64,000 nucleotides of DNA from contig NC_092679.1 of NCBI RefSeq assembly GCF_964355755.1, positions 92,201 to 156,200 of the forward strand, given 5' to 3'. The stretch's first letter is position 1; each line of letters begins with the position of its first letter. The DNA comes from Antedon mediterranea. Lineage: Eukaryota; Animalia; Echinodermata. The notes below the pieces were generated by a model. That model was given only the letters and a program-made list of their open reading frames with translations. It ran no database searches and had not been told where the DNA came from. Of the stretch, positions 47,032 to 59,600 are shown piece after piece. The position numbers were made by a program, and so were the translations under genes.

Positions 47032-48861
47032 TTTACTATATCACTAATCAGTTGATGAAAACAAAAGTAAAACCACTTCATTTTGGTTTTTGTTTACTAT
47101 ATCACTAATCAGTTGATGAAAACAAAAGTAAAACCACTTCATTCTGGTTTTTGTTTACTATATCACTAATCAGTTGATGAAAACAAAAGTAAAACCACTT
47201 CATTTTGGTTTTTGTTTACTATATCACTAATCAGTTGATGAAAACAAAAGAGAAACCACTTCATTCTGGTTTTTATTTACTATATCACTAATCAGTTGAT
47301 GAAAACAAAAGTAAAACCACTTCATTTTGGTTTTTGTTTACTATATCACTAATCAGTTGATGAAAACAAAAGAGAAACCACTTCATTCTGGTTTTTGTTT
47401 ACTATATCACTAATCAGTTGATGAAAACAAAAGTAAAACCACTTCATTTTGGTTTTTGTTTACTATATCACTAATCAGTTGATGAAAACAAAAGTAAAAC
47501 CACTTCATTCTGGTTTTTGTTTACTATATCACTAATCAGTTGATGAAAACAAAAGAGAAACCACTTCATTTTGGTTTTTGTTTACTATATCACTAATCAG
47601 TTGATGAAAACAAAAGTAAAACCACTTCATTCTGGTTTTTATTTACTATATCACTAATCAGTTGATGAAAACAAAAGTAAAACCACTTCATTTTGGTTTT
47701 TGTTTACTATATCACTAATCAGTTGATGAAAACAAAAGAGAAACCACTTCATTCTGGTTTTTGTTTACTATATCACTAATCAGTTGATGAAAACAAAAGT
47801 AAAACCACTTCATTCTGGTTTTTGTTTACTATATCACTAATCAGTTGATGAAAACAAAAGTAAAACCACTTCATTTTGGTTTTTGTTTACTATATCACTA
47901 ATCAGTTGATGAAAACAAAAGTAAAACCACTTCATTCTGGTTTTTGTTTACTATATCACTAATCAGTTGATGAAAACAAAAGTAAAACCACTTCATTTTG
48001 GTTTTTATTTACTATATCACTAATCAGTTGATGAAAACAAAAGTAAAACCACTTCATTCTGGTTTTTGTTTACTATATCACTAATCAGTTGATGAAAACA
48101 AAAGTAAAACCACTTCATTCTGGTTTTTGTTTACTATATCACTAATCAGTTGATGAAAACAAAAGTAAAACCACTTCATTCTGGTTTTTATTTACTATAT
48201 CACTAATCAGTTGATGAAAACAAAAGTAAAACCACTTCATTCTGGTTTTTGTTTACTATATCACTAATCAGTTGATGAAAACAAAAGTAAAACCACTTCA
48301 TTTTGGTTTTTGTTTACTATATCACTAATCAGTTGATGAAAACAAAAGTAAAACCACTTCATTCTGGTTTTTGTTTACTATATCACTAATGAGTTGATGA
48401 AAACAAAAGTAAAACCACTTCATTCTGGTTTTTGTTTACTATATCACTAATCAGTTGATGAAAACAAAAGTAAAACCACTTCATTTTGGTTTTTGTTTAC
48501 TATATCACTAATGAGTTGATGAAAACAAAAGTAAAACCACTTCATTTTGGTTTTTGTTTACTATATCACTAATCAGTTGATGAAAACAAAAGTAAAACCA
48601 CTTCATTTTGGTTTTTGTTTACTATATCACTAATCAGTTGATGAAAACAAAAGTAAAACCACTTCATTTTGGTTTTTGTTTACTATATCACTAATCAGTT
48701 GATGAAAACAAAAGAGAAACCACTTCATTCTGGTTTTTATTTACTATATCACTAATCAGTTGATGAAAACAAAAGTAAAACCACTTCATTCTGGTTTTTG
48801 TTTACTATACCACTAATCAGTTGATGAAAACAAAAGAGAAACCACTTCATTTTGGTTTTTG
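47032..48861. repeat. 61-bp minisatellite, ~30 copies, downstream of the IkB stop
   Basis: Unit TTTACTATATCACTAATCAGTTGATGAAAACAAAAGWRAAACCACTTCATTYTGGTTTTTR. Confidence 0.97.
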
Positions 48862-49683
48862 TGTGATTTTTTTTGCTTGCTGAAGAAATTTATTTTGTTT
48901 AATTGATATAAAACGTTAATACTACGTTTAAATTCAAATAATTTATAGGAATAAATTCACTACTAATTACTATGTATAACCATTATAATGTTTGAACTAA
49001 ATAGAAACTGTATTATTTTAGAAGTATTATACAGTATATATACAGAAATTTACAGTGTTATAAATTACTATACTTTAATCATACAATTACATGGTTGCGT
49101 TAACTTAATAAAGACATATTCTTCTTTTTTATCATTTGTTTAATTGTGTATGCACATTTATAAATGTATAACAACGGAACCTGTCTGTCTGTGTGTTGCT
49201 ATTGGATGCTTGATTTCTTGAGTAGTGCTATTTCAGAACACTATGGATATGACTCCTATTATTTAATAGAAAGTTCTCTTTGTGATGCATTTTTGTTTAC
49301 ACCAGATAACATGGTTGTTTAACTCTTGTAAAATCCTCTATTAATGTTATGTTTCTTCTTTATTTAATTTGTTATTTTCTATGCACCATTAATAGAAATA
49401 AATGTTTATGAAATGAAAACACATCCTATGACAAGTTTTTCTCAAAAGAGGAGATTATGCTAGTTGTGCACTGGTACAGTAGTACAGGAAGCAAAGTGTG
49501 TTAAATAAAGATTGAATGAAAGAAATTCTGTCTTGTATTATTTCATAGGCGTAATGGATAGACATGACTTTAGAAAAGATTAAAACATATTTTTACTTTT
49601 ATTTTCAGAAGAATGTCTAATTTAAATATTCTTTATAATAAAAAAAAAACCAATGGAAATTTTTCTTGAAGAGGAATTGGAAA

Positions 49684-49799
49684 GTGATAATTCTGTTTCT
49701 TCCCATCTATTGAAGATGTTAACAAACAGAATAAAATGAATAAAGTGATAATTCTGTTTCTTCCCATCTATTGAAGATGTTAACAAACAGAATAAAATG
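49684..49799. repeat. Two-copy tandem duplication (~60 bp)
   Basis: AAAGTGATAATTCTGTTTCTTCCCATCTATTGAAGATGTTAACAAACAGAATAAAATG occurs twice. Confidence 0.85.
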
Positions 49800-50111
49800 G
49801 ATTCAAGACGACTCAATAACTGTCATAGAAATACATTCTAAACTTCTAATTTCGCCACAAAGTATTACATGACTGAACAGCTGATAATACAGTACTGTGT
49901 AATTTATACGTGTATTACGTCATAAATATCATTTATTATTACTCATTTGGCGTTCCATAACATTCGCAAAAGTGGCGAGTTCGCGATAAATGACCACCTC
50001 TTTTCTCTCGGCCGAACCACCACCACAAAGCGCGAGCGTGTGGACGTTTTTAACGAATGTGTGTATGTGTGTATAATAAGTAAGGCCTACCTCTAACAAT
50101 TAGCTCGTAAC

Positions 50112-51749
50112 ATGGCAGAAAGAGAATTTGAGACAGACTTGATTGAACTATCAAGAGGAACAACTGGTAAGTCTAAGAACATTGGAGTGAAACTTGTTTA
50201 CTGCGTCCGAGCTAGGCCTAGGAAGCCCACTACCTAGGAGTAGTCCGTGTTGGCTACTACACTAGCCCACCCACCAGACAGAGTAAACCGCTCACCGGCT
50301 TAGCTAGGCCGGAAATCCGCCGGGAGGCATGCGGCCGAGAGGGATACTCTACCTTTACTGAGTCTGGGGTAGGCCTATTTAGTATTATACTTAGACCTAG
50401 GGCCTACCATATCCCCTCTTTCTTACATGATATATTATATGCTGTCGGATACTCTACTACTATATATTACTAACTTTAACTCTAGGCCTAGGCAATACCT
50501 AAACTAGCCTAGCTAGGCCTATATAATTAATAGGGCTAATATAGGCTGTATGACTCATGACTAGCCTAACTAACCTAAGCCTAGCAACCTTAGGAAGGAA
50601 GCCCTGTTCCCTCCAATTAGAGGACCATTTTCGTACATATTATAATAATTAATATAAATAGGCCTAGGGCCTAGTAGGCCTACTGTGAAACTGAACGTAA
50701 ATAATCTATTATTTATTAAAGAGAGTGTGGCAATTTGCAACTCCACTCCCTAAAGACTTAATTGTATTAAATAAGTCTTTGTTTATGTAGAGCATCTAGA
50801 CTTGTTGTAATAAGACTTTATGCAAAGCATCTTGTGTATGTTTCAATTGTCTTGTGAATGTGTAATTACTGTACCACCTTTAAGAAAGATAGTGAATGAA
50901 TTCAATTGTGGCTGGTGGTTATCCTTGGAAATGTGTCTAAAATGAGAATTTTTTTTAAAAAATGGCAAATTTTGATTATCATAAATAAAATGGCCACACA
51001 TATTGCTACTCTTCTACTTGATTTTTATTTTATTTACTAAAAACACTGATACATTTATTTTGAAGGATTGGGATTTAATATTAAAGGTGGAAAAGATCAA
51101 CCTTATCTGCCTCTGGAAACTGGAATATTTGTCACTAAGATCCGAGATGATGGGGCAGCAGCTAAGGACGGCCGATTACAATTGGGAGATAAAATTTTAG
51201 AGGTGATAGAGACTCTATTACAGTTTGAAAATATAATTTATATCATACAGTATTGTCAATGCATAATTACTATACTTTCACCTTCAGCAATCAATTATGG
51301 TTAGATGGTTGGAGCCATTTTCTTTACTATAAGATAATTAATATCTAAGATCTGTTTTGCCTGGATATAGTATTGCTGTTGTTAATTAATTTGTTTTTTA
51401 TTTTCTTAAAATTGTCAGATTAATGAGAAGGATATGAGAGATGTAGTACACAAAGAAGCGGTAGATATATTCTTGTCTGCTGGTGAGAAAGTGAACCTGT
51501 TAGTACAACACGGTGTCGAAGAACATGTTAGGGTGAGCCTCTTTGGTTTGAGACTTGGTCAATTAACATAAGCACGTATTCTTTACAGTATTAGTAAACA
51601 GTGGTATATTATTTTTCTAGGAGATGCATCGTCAAAAGTTAGCAGCTGCACAAGAAAAAGAATCAAGAAAATTTCCATGGTTGGCATTATCAGCAGCAGT
51701 AGCTATAGGAACCATTGGAGTGTTTTATTATCTTAAATACCGCCGCTGA
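50112..51749 (+). CDS. SYNJ2BP: Synaptojanin-2-binding protein / OMP25 (PDZ + C-terminal tail anchor), 4 exons, ~144 aa
   Basis: Exons 50112-50166, 51066-51202, 51419-51532, 51621-51749 (435 nt). PDZ: [44 protein letters not shown]-terminal [21 protein letters not shown] followed by basic KYRR. Confidence 0.93.
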
Positions 51750-53650
51750 CATACTTTATAAACACAATAATTACTTTTCTTAAAACGCTGTGTGTCTAGG
51801 GATATGGTACCTGTATCAAAGCTTCTGACTGCTAAAGGTACGGCCAATTGCTAATATACCTTAGTGTTTCCCTAAATAATCAAACATCCCAAGAAAATAG
51901 TGAGCTTAACCCTTATCCACAAAAATACAATTTTAAAATTTGTCTGGGAATGAAAACCACAACCCCCAGTTCCTTTAATGCCAACCAGAGTCACTTTGTA
52001 TGTATATACATTGTGATGTCTCAACCTTTAGCAGCCATAATGTTATCGTATCTCTAGACACAACGTTTCTTAAATGTAGTAGATTATTAATCTTGGTCTA
52101 TGTATTTTAAATACAAGATATTTCACCATCCTTATTACTGGGTATGCACTTCAAAAGCACTTGGTACTAAATTCTAAATATTAATTACTAGCATGGCGGA
52201 CATATTGTTTTTTATTTGACTCTATTTGGATGTCCAATAATACTTGAATTGTTTTAATTGATTTAATAATGTGTTGAACTACATTTATTAAATTCATATT
52301 TTGTATGTGAAATTTCAATATTTTATTATTAATTTTGTGATTCCTTTTAGAAGCATTCATAATTGTGTACAAAATATTGAAAGAACATGAATTAATAAAG
52401 ACTGCATGATGTACATTTTGACAGATTTGTTCCATTCTAGTAATTTAAAATTTGCTGGATATGATAATGGGTATATTACTCCATGATATGATGTAATAAA
52501 TATTGATAGAGAATGTATTTTATTGTTTCTTTCATGTGGTTCAGATAACAATAATAATATCCTTGATTTATATAGCGCCTAATGTTGTGAAACCTCTAAG
52601 CGCTGTACATAAACTAATACGAAAAAAGAGAATTCCAACCACGGCAAAAAAAGCCGAAGTAAGGGGATATGCCTTCGTTGCTAACCAGATAAAAACCAAC
52701 TAAACAACAACCCAAGGCAGCTGTACTTTTATTTATTTTTTTCAGGGAAGATTTAAATTCACTCTTGTCAGGTTATGTGTGGGATTCAGACAAAAATTAA
52801 CATAGCGCCACCTATAATTTAAATATCTGCAAGTACATTGACCCTCCCACGGTCGAGTGGTTTTGAGGTTATATAAATAAAATAAACAGTAAACAATAGG
52901 CAGTAGTCTACTGTATTCAAACACATGATGGGATGGTAGTCTTCCAAGTTATTCGGACAGATTCTCTTAACAACCTCATCTCTTATGTATGGTAAATGTA
53001 TCCATTCTTACTTTGCATTAGATTGATTAGTTTAGATAGTTTTAGTTTGGGTGCTATACTATAGCCTATAATATAGTACAGCTGAGTATGTGCTTTTGTG
53101 TAGTGTGGGGCAAAAACCCCATCATGATGTTGTACAGAGTATAATAATAAGCACAAACCACAGTCGAATCTAGGGTACTAGAGTCGGATCTCAGTCAGGT
53201 GACTTATCATGATGAAGGTATATTTTGTGCAAAGCTATCTATTTTATATTTAAAGTATTTTTTGCAAAGGCGTTCTACTTCTAACAAATTGCAATATATT
53301 CTGTAAGTGGCAGGCTCCTGCTGTCGAGTGTGAATTGAAATAAAAATTTAAAAAATAAAAAAATGACAAACAAATAAAATTTGTATATATGAATATGAAT
53401 TTCCATTCATTCAATAATCAATTTCTTCATTCAACTCCACAAAATAAGGAGATTTCATTCATCAAATTTTAATTCATTACTGATAGAGTAGAATAGATGT
53501 TCACCAGTAAATTTTACACAAAAAAAAAGATCAATGGAAATAAAAATAGAAACACTTTTTATAAGTATAAATTGTTGTGATCTTTCATTCTGTTTCTTTT
53601 CAGGACATCTTTGTCTGTGATTTCTTTGTGTTAAATCCTATTGTTTGATC

Positions 53651-56600
53651 ATGGTTTATAAGCTGCCAATATGTTTTTTAAGTGTTGGTATTGTTGGATG
53701 CTGCTGTGGTCTCTTCCTCGTACCTTACATTTTTCATGTGGTGCTAAAAGATATTGTCACTAAGGTTAGTAATTATGATTAGATGGCAATTGTAATAATC
53801 CTTTCCACTCACTATATTTTTTTTTCAAGGCCCAGCTATTTTATTTAGATATTTAAAAGATATTTGATTAATTTCGATGTTCAACTAATGAATCATTTTT
53901 TTTAGGTTAATAAAGTGTAACACACCCAATTTCATTTTAAATATTTGCAGAGAAATTTGATTTTCGTGCTGTAAAGTATAAGCTATAACAATTACGTTAA
54001 TATTTAGATTTTATTTCAAATAATATAATCAAATTCCAAATCTCCACCATTTTTCTTGATTTTAATAATATATGACTAACAGGCAAACGTAGGTTTTAAT
54101 TCTGGCCAATAAAATGAAGGAGTAATACCATTGAATGTCTCTATAGAATGCCTTGGTTGCTTGGCATGCATGATTAATTGTATAGAAATATTTATTTGAA
54201 ATAATGTGTTCAATATTTTCATACAACCTGTATATCTAGAGTTGAAACCCATAAAATGAATTTTGAAAGAAAAAAGGGGTAAAACAGCTCAAAGTTTTAT
54301 TGAATAAAGTTCACTATGTTTGTGGGTGGTACAGAATACAGCCACAATGTATGCATACAGTAAAGATATAAAAAATAATAAATAACTTAAGTATACATTG
54401 TTGGGCAGGAAAATGATTGCTAATGATTATTAAGTTGTTCATCAAAAAGAAAAAATGTAATATTGTGTGTTGAGATGATATTAACCACAATGATATTAGT
54501 TTGGGGTCAAAACCAATTCACAATGATAGGCATAAAGCATTTTTATATCTCCATGCATAAAGTATATTGACATTTTCTGCTGATAATGTCAAAGTCAAAT
54601 TTATTTATCTTAAATCAGGAAATTGCATTGAGTTCATTGCACTATTTTAAAAGGATAATAATAATTTGATATGAATCATATCAAATGATTTTTATCCTTT
54701 TAAAATGATACACACTTTACATTAAGAGACATGACAATTTTGATGAATGAATTTAAAAATGTTAAATTTAGTTGAATAAACTATAAAAATACAAATATAT
54801 TATATATGAATATTAAAAATTATGAAACACAATATATCATTGCCAAGTGTAATAAGAAATGATAGATTGTAGGTTTGCATGGCGAATAAACAATTCTCAA
54901 CCAAACTTTGTTTAAAAACACCTAACTTTAATGAATGATAAATTGTCAACTTTATTTTCAGATAATGGTAATATCTCCATCATCACAGATATATGATGCT
55001 TGGAAAAATGCTGATGTACCGATAGTTGAAAATTTTTATTTTTTTGAAGTTCTAAATCCTGAAGATGCATTAAATGGTTTAAAACCGCAACTAAAGGAAA
55101 GAGGTCCATATGCTTACCGGTAAATAACCATTAAAAGTATATACCAGTGAATTTCACATGATTCTTTTCAAAAACATTTGGATTTCTGACATACCGTTTT
55201 GCCGTAGAGATTTACAGATGAAACCAGGCTGGATAGTAAATCATAACTAAGGCCTATACCCTAATGCTCTGTAAAGTTCAATGACATTACAATATGTCGT
55301 TTAGGTTTCTTTGTGCTGATGTTATTTAGCAACAGTTAGCAAATTGTTTTTTTATAAATGTGAATATTTAATGACTTGTTTCATTTATCAAAATATTTTT
55401 TTATGCAACCATAAGTAATTAAATTTATAAAGAATAATACCATTCAATTGTTTTTTTAATCATTTGCAGTTAAATTAAAATACACTTGATGTCCCATTGT
55501 GCTTACTTCTAATTGTTTGGAATTGATTTCAGCATAAGCAATAAAATTATTTTAGAGTGTAAAGAAAATCTCTTATTATAATTCTGCTGGTAGAATACAT
55601 TCACTTGATAACACAGTTTTTACAACTCATTTGATACTAAATCAGTTTTTTATTCTTTTGCAGAATAACAATGCCAAAAGTGAATATATCTTTCTTTGAA
55701 AACAAGACTGTATCGTTTCAAAATCGATATACCTACACATTTGATGAAAGTCTGTCCGCAGGACCTGAGAATGACACTTTTATGATGATCAATATTCCAG
55801 TCGCTGTAAAGTCTTTTTTTTCACCTTTTTTTTTATTGTTATGGTTTTAATACGTCTTTGTGATTACAAGATTGAATAACATTTTTTAGTCAAAATACTT
55901 TAATAATAAATTTATTAATTTTAATGTCACAATTTGCGGTTACATTTTTAAATGTTTATATTTCAGACTATGGTAACGATGTTAGAAGATCTTCCACGTT
56001 TTATAAAAGCAAGCATGTCGTTAACTTTAAAAGAATTAGGCGAAGAAATGTTTGTGGAAATGTCTCCGAAGAAACTTATGTGGGGATATGAAGATGCTTT
56101 GTTTAAGTTTATTAGATCCATCACAGGGGATTTGTTTATTCCTTCGGACATTTTTGGACTCTTTATAGGGGTAAGTCAAAAAGAAATTTACTAAGGGTTT
56201 GTTTTTGCTGCACAAGAGCTGAAGAAACCAGTAATTTCAAAATAGATTTAAAATGTAATTTTTATATTGACTGCATTTCTGCATAAGTCAAAAAGAAATT
56301 TACTAAGTATAATGTACAATATGTTATATGCAATTAAATTAATGCTTATCTGCCTTCTGTACTTTGATCATGACCTAGAATTTTTGAACTGTTACATTTC
56401 AGAGAAATAATACTGGTGTTGGAATGTTCAACATTGAAACCGGTGAAAGAAATAAATCTGAAGTGAATAATATAAACACATGGAAATACATGAAGGAATT
56501 ACCATGGTGGTTGGGTTATGCCAAGATGATTAATGGCACAGGTATGTAAATAAAAGATTAGCATTTCTAAAAGAAAAAAACATGGCACACCTTAACCTGA

Positions 56601-59600
56601 TGGAAACATACCAATGAAGGCCACCCTCTGTGAAACACACCTTAGCCTGATGGAAACACCAATAAAGCCTAGACCACTCTCTGTGCACATAATGTAAAAA
56701 TTCAATTCAATTCAATTCAAAGTAACATTTATTTTCTTCAAAATAAAACAGTCTACAAAATGGTGTAAAGAAAGGAAATATGATTGAAGAAGGCATGTTC
56801 AAAAAAGCAAAAAGCTTGTGACAGACATGCCTAAACAAAGATTAGATTTAAACAACACGTAAAAAGAAAAAAAAAAATAAAGAAATAACAATATAAAAAT
56901 TTACATAACATGGGTTAAACTAAATAAGTAAAATGACAAAAAAAAATAATTTTGGTATAAATTAAGAATTGTTCGTCTTCTTGTTACTCATCATTAAAAT
57001 TATTATCATAAAATGTAATATTATAAAAATTAATACTTGGATGTGATATATCTTTGAATACGATATTTATAGACCAATTAAGCCAAATTATTTAAGGACA
57101 AAATACTCTCCAAGGTTTCTCCTAATTTCTTAAATCTATCTTAAGGCCTTGGATGTAAATTAATAAAAAGGAATCCTTAGCATTTAATGTCCTGGTTGTT
57201 TTCTGTTGATTTGTCCTGACCCTTGTCCCGCTTGTATTGGTCTGTTTTGTGTCCGAGGCAGACCCAACTCAAGATCCTGTATCTTTTTGGGGTCCTGCAT
57301 TCTGTCTTTTCCCCCAGATTTATTTTTATTTATCTATGTTATTTTTATTTATTCCATTGTTTAAATCTTAAAAGGAAGTAAATAAATGTTATTTTGAATT
57401 TAATTGATATGCATTGCAAGTATGAACTATTGAACAAAATTATAAATGAATCCTTTATTTTGTTATAGATGGGTTTATGTATCATTCATTTTTATCCAAA
57501 GACGAAACACTTTACCTTTTCAACGCAGATCTCTGCAGGTATGTGATGTTACTGTAATGTAATTTAAAACAAAGCTTAGGCCCTGTTCAGACCCATGGCG
57601 TTAGATCGTTTTAGCGTACAACGTTACTATCAAGGTCACGTTACAAACCGCAGAGAAAAAAACGAGGTGTTCAGACCCATAGCGTACGATGATCGTTACA
57701 ACGGAAGTACGTCACCCAGGTTGTTTCTAGTTGCATATTCATGTGCTCTTACCCACGTGTTTTCATCATTATTTCCACTGTATATAGGCCTAGATCTCAG
57801 CCCTACAATTATGACAAAATTTGCCGTAAATAAAACATACCTCAGCATTTATTTAAGAAAAATATAGTAAAGCCAAATTTCTGTTTCTATTGTTTTTATT
57901 TTGTAGTAAAAAACATTTTCCCCAGGCTCTTGTGTTACGAAAATAAAGCAGGCCTCGTAATGATGAAGAAAAAAAATGATTGTGATTAGTCTATCCAGTC
58001 CAGTCAAAGATATATATTCTTTGGTCCAGTCGGTTGAAAATAACCCTTAACTTGCTAATAAAAGGGACACAGCTCCCCTTGTTTGTTTACTGATTTTTTT
58101 AGGAGTTAGGGGGTTTTCAGCATTAAACTTGTCCAGTCTAGTCTGCCTTAAGTGACTTGATGTCCCACGCTAGTTTTTAGCTTGAATGAAATGCGTGAAT
58201 GGCTCTAGGCCTAGCTAGGCCTAAAAGCGGATGGGATTGTAGTCCCTATGTTTAAACATGGAGCTATAATTTATAGCTCCATGGTTTAAATACAAGGTGC
58301 ATGTATTTATGTCATTTGTTAGAAAATATAATGGTAATCAGTTGATAATAGTTTGTAGCCTTTGTAACAGTTGTATTTGTAGTGTAGTTAGGCCTTATTT
58401 ATTCTGGCCTTTTTGTTATTGAAATCCATCTCACACATTGACGATACAAGATGTCAGCCTAGGTCAAACCTTGTTTCGCGTCATACCAGGAAACGTTCTG
58501 ATTGGATACAACGTTGACTTACAGTAGCGTCGTACGCTAAAACGGTACTATCAACCGTTTTCCACTACAACGCTACAACCGTTGTACGACGCGTTGTACG
58601 CTAATCCCCAACTGTTCAGACACACATTCTTTTAGCGTCGTACGCTAAAACGGTCTAACGCCATGGGTCTGAACAGGGCCTTAAAAGATCTCCATGGTTG
58701 TATAAGTTAATGTTTCAATAAATATTTATGTTGAAGATAACCTTCAGCTTTTTTTATGTTGCAATGCTGTGTTCATGTCTAACAATACATATTTCATTCA
58801 TATCTGTTAAAACATATTTGATGTAAGGAAATTATGATGAATTGTGTGTGATAATATAAATTACCATTAACACTTATTTCTATGACATAACTTATAATCA
58901 GTGGCACTTTACTGTCATCAAACCAATGATATCTTTCTCTTCAGATCAGTATCTTACAAGTATAAACGGGATACACAGCTTAGTGGTGTCCCATTATGGC
59001 TGTTTGCCTTAGATCATTTTACTTATGCAAATTCAACTATATATCCACCAAATGCTGAATTTTGTTCTGAAAATTGCCCGCCTTCTGGAACTTTTCCAGT
59101 TGCAAAGTGCAGAGACAGTAAGTAATACTTGAATCAGATCATCAACATCATCATCATCATCATCAATATTACTGTTATCGTCATCTTTAATCATAATCCT
59201 TACGGGTGAGTCCAATATTCATCCTGAACATACAAAAAGAAGCATTTCTTTCTGTGTCAAGTGTCCTAAACACGTGACTACCCAGCTCCTTTCATTATTA
59301 CCGTAGTATAATTGCTATAAATATATTGATTTCCTTAGATTCTCCTATATCCATCTCAAACCCCCATTTTTTGGATGGAACTGAACAACTGCAGAATTCT
59401 GTTGGAGGACTTCATCCAAACGAGAAATATCATCTTAATTTTCTGAGTCTGGAGAATGTGAGTTAAAGTTATTAGAAAACAATTTGTATGCCAATTATTG
59501 GATGACATAATAATAAGTGGCTTTCATTATGTTTTCCTATAAACTGTTTTGACTAATCCATGTACAGTATGTCAGTATGTTAAGTGCATGAGCCAACCAA

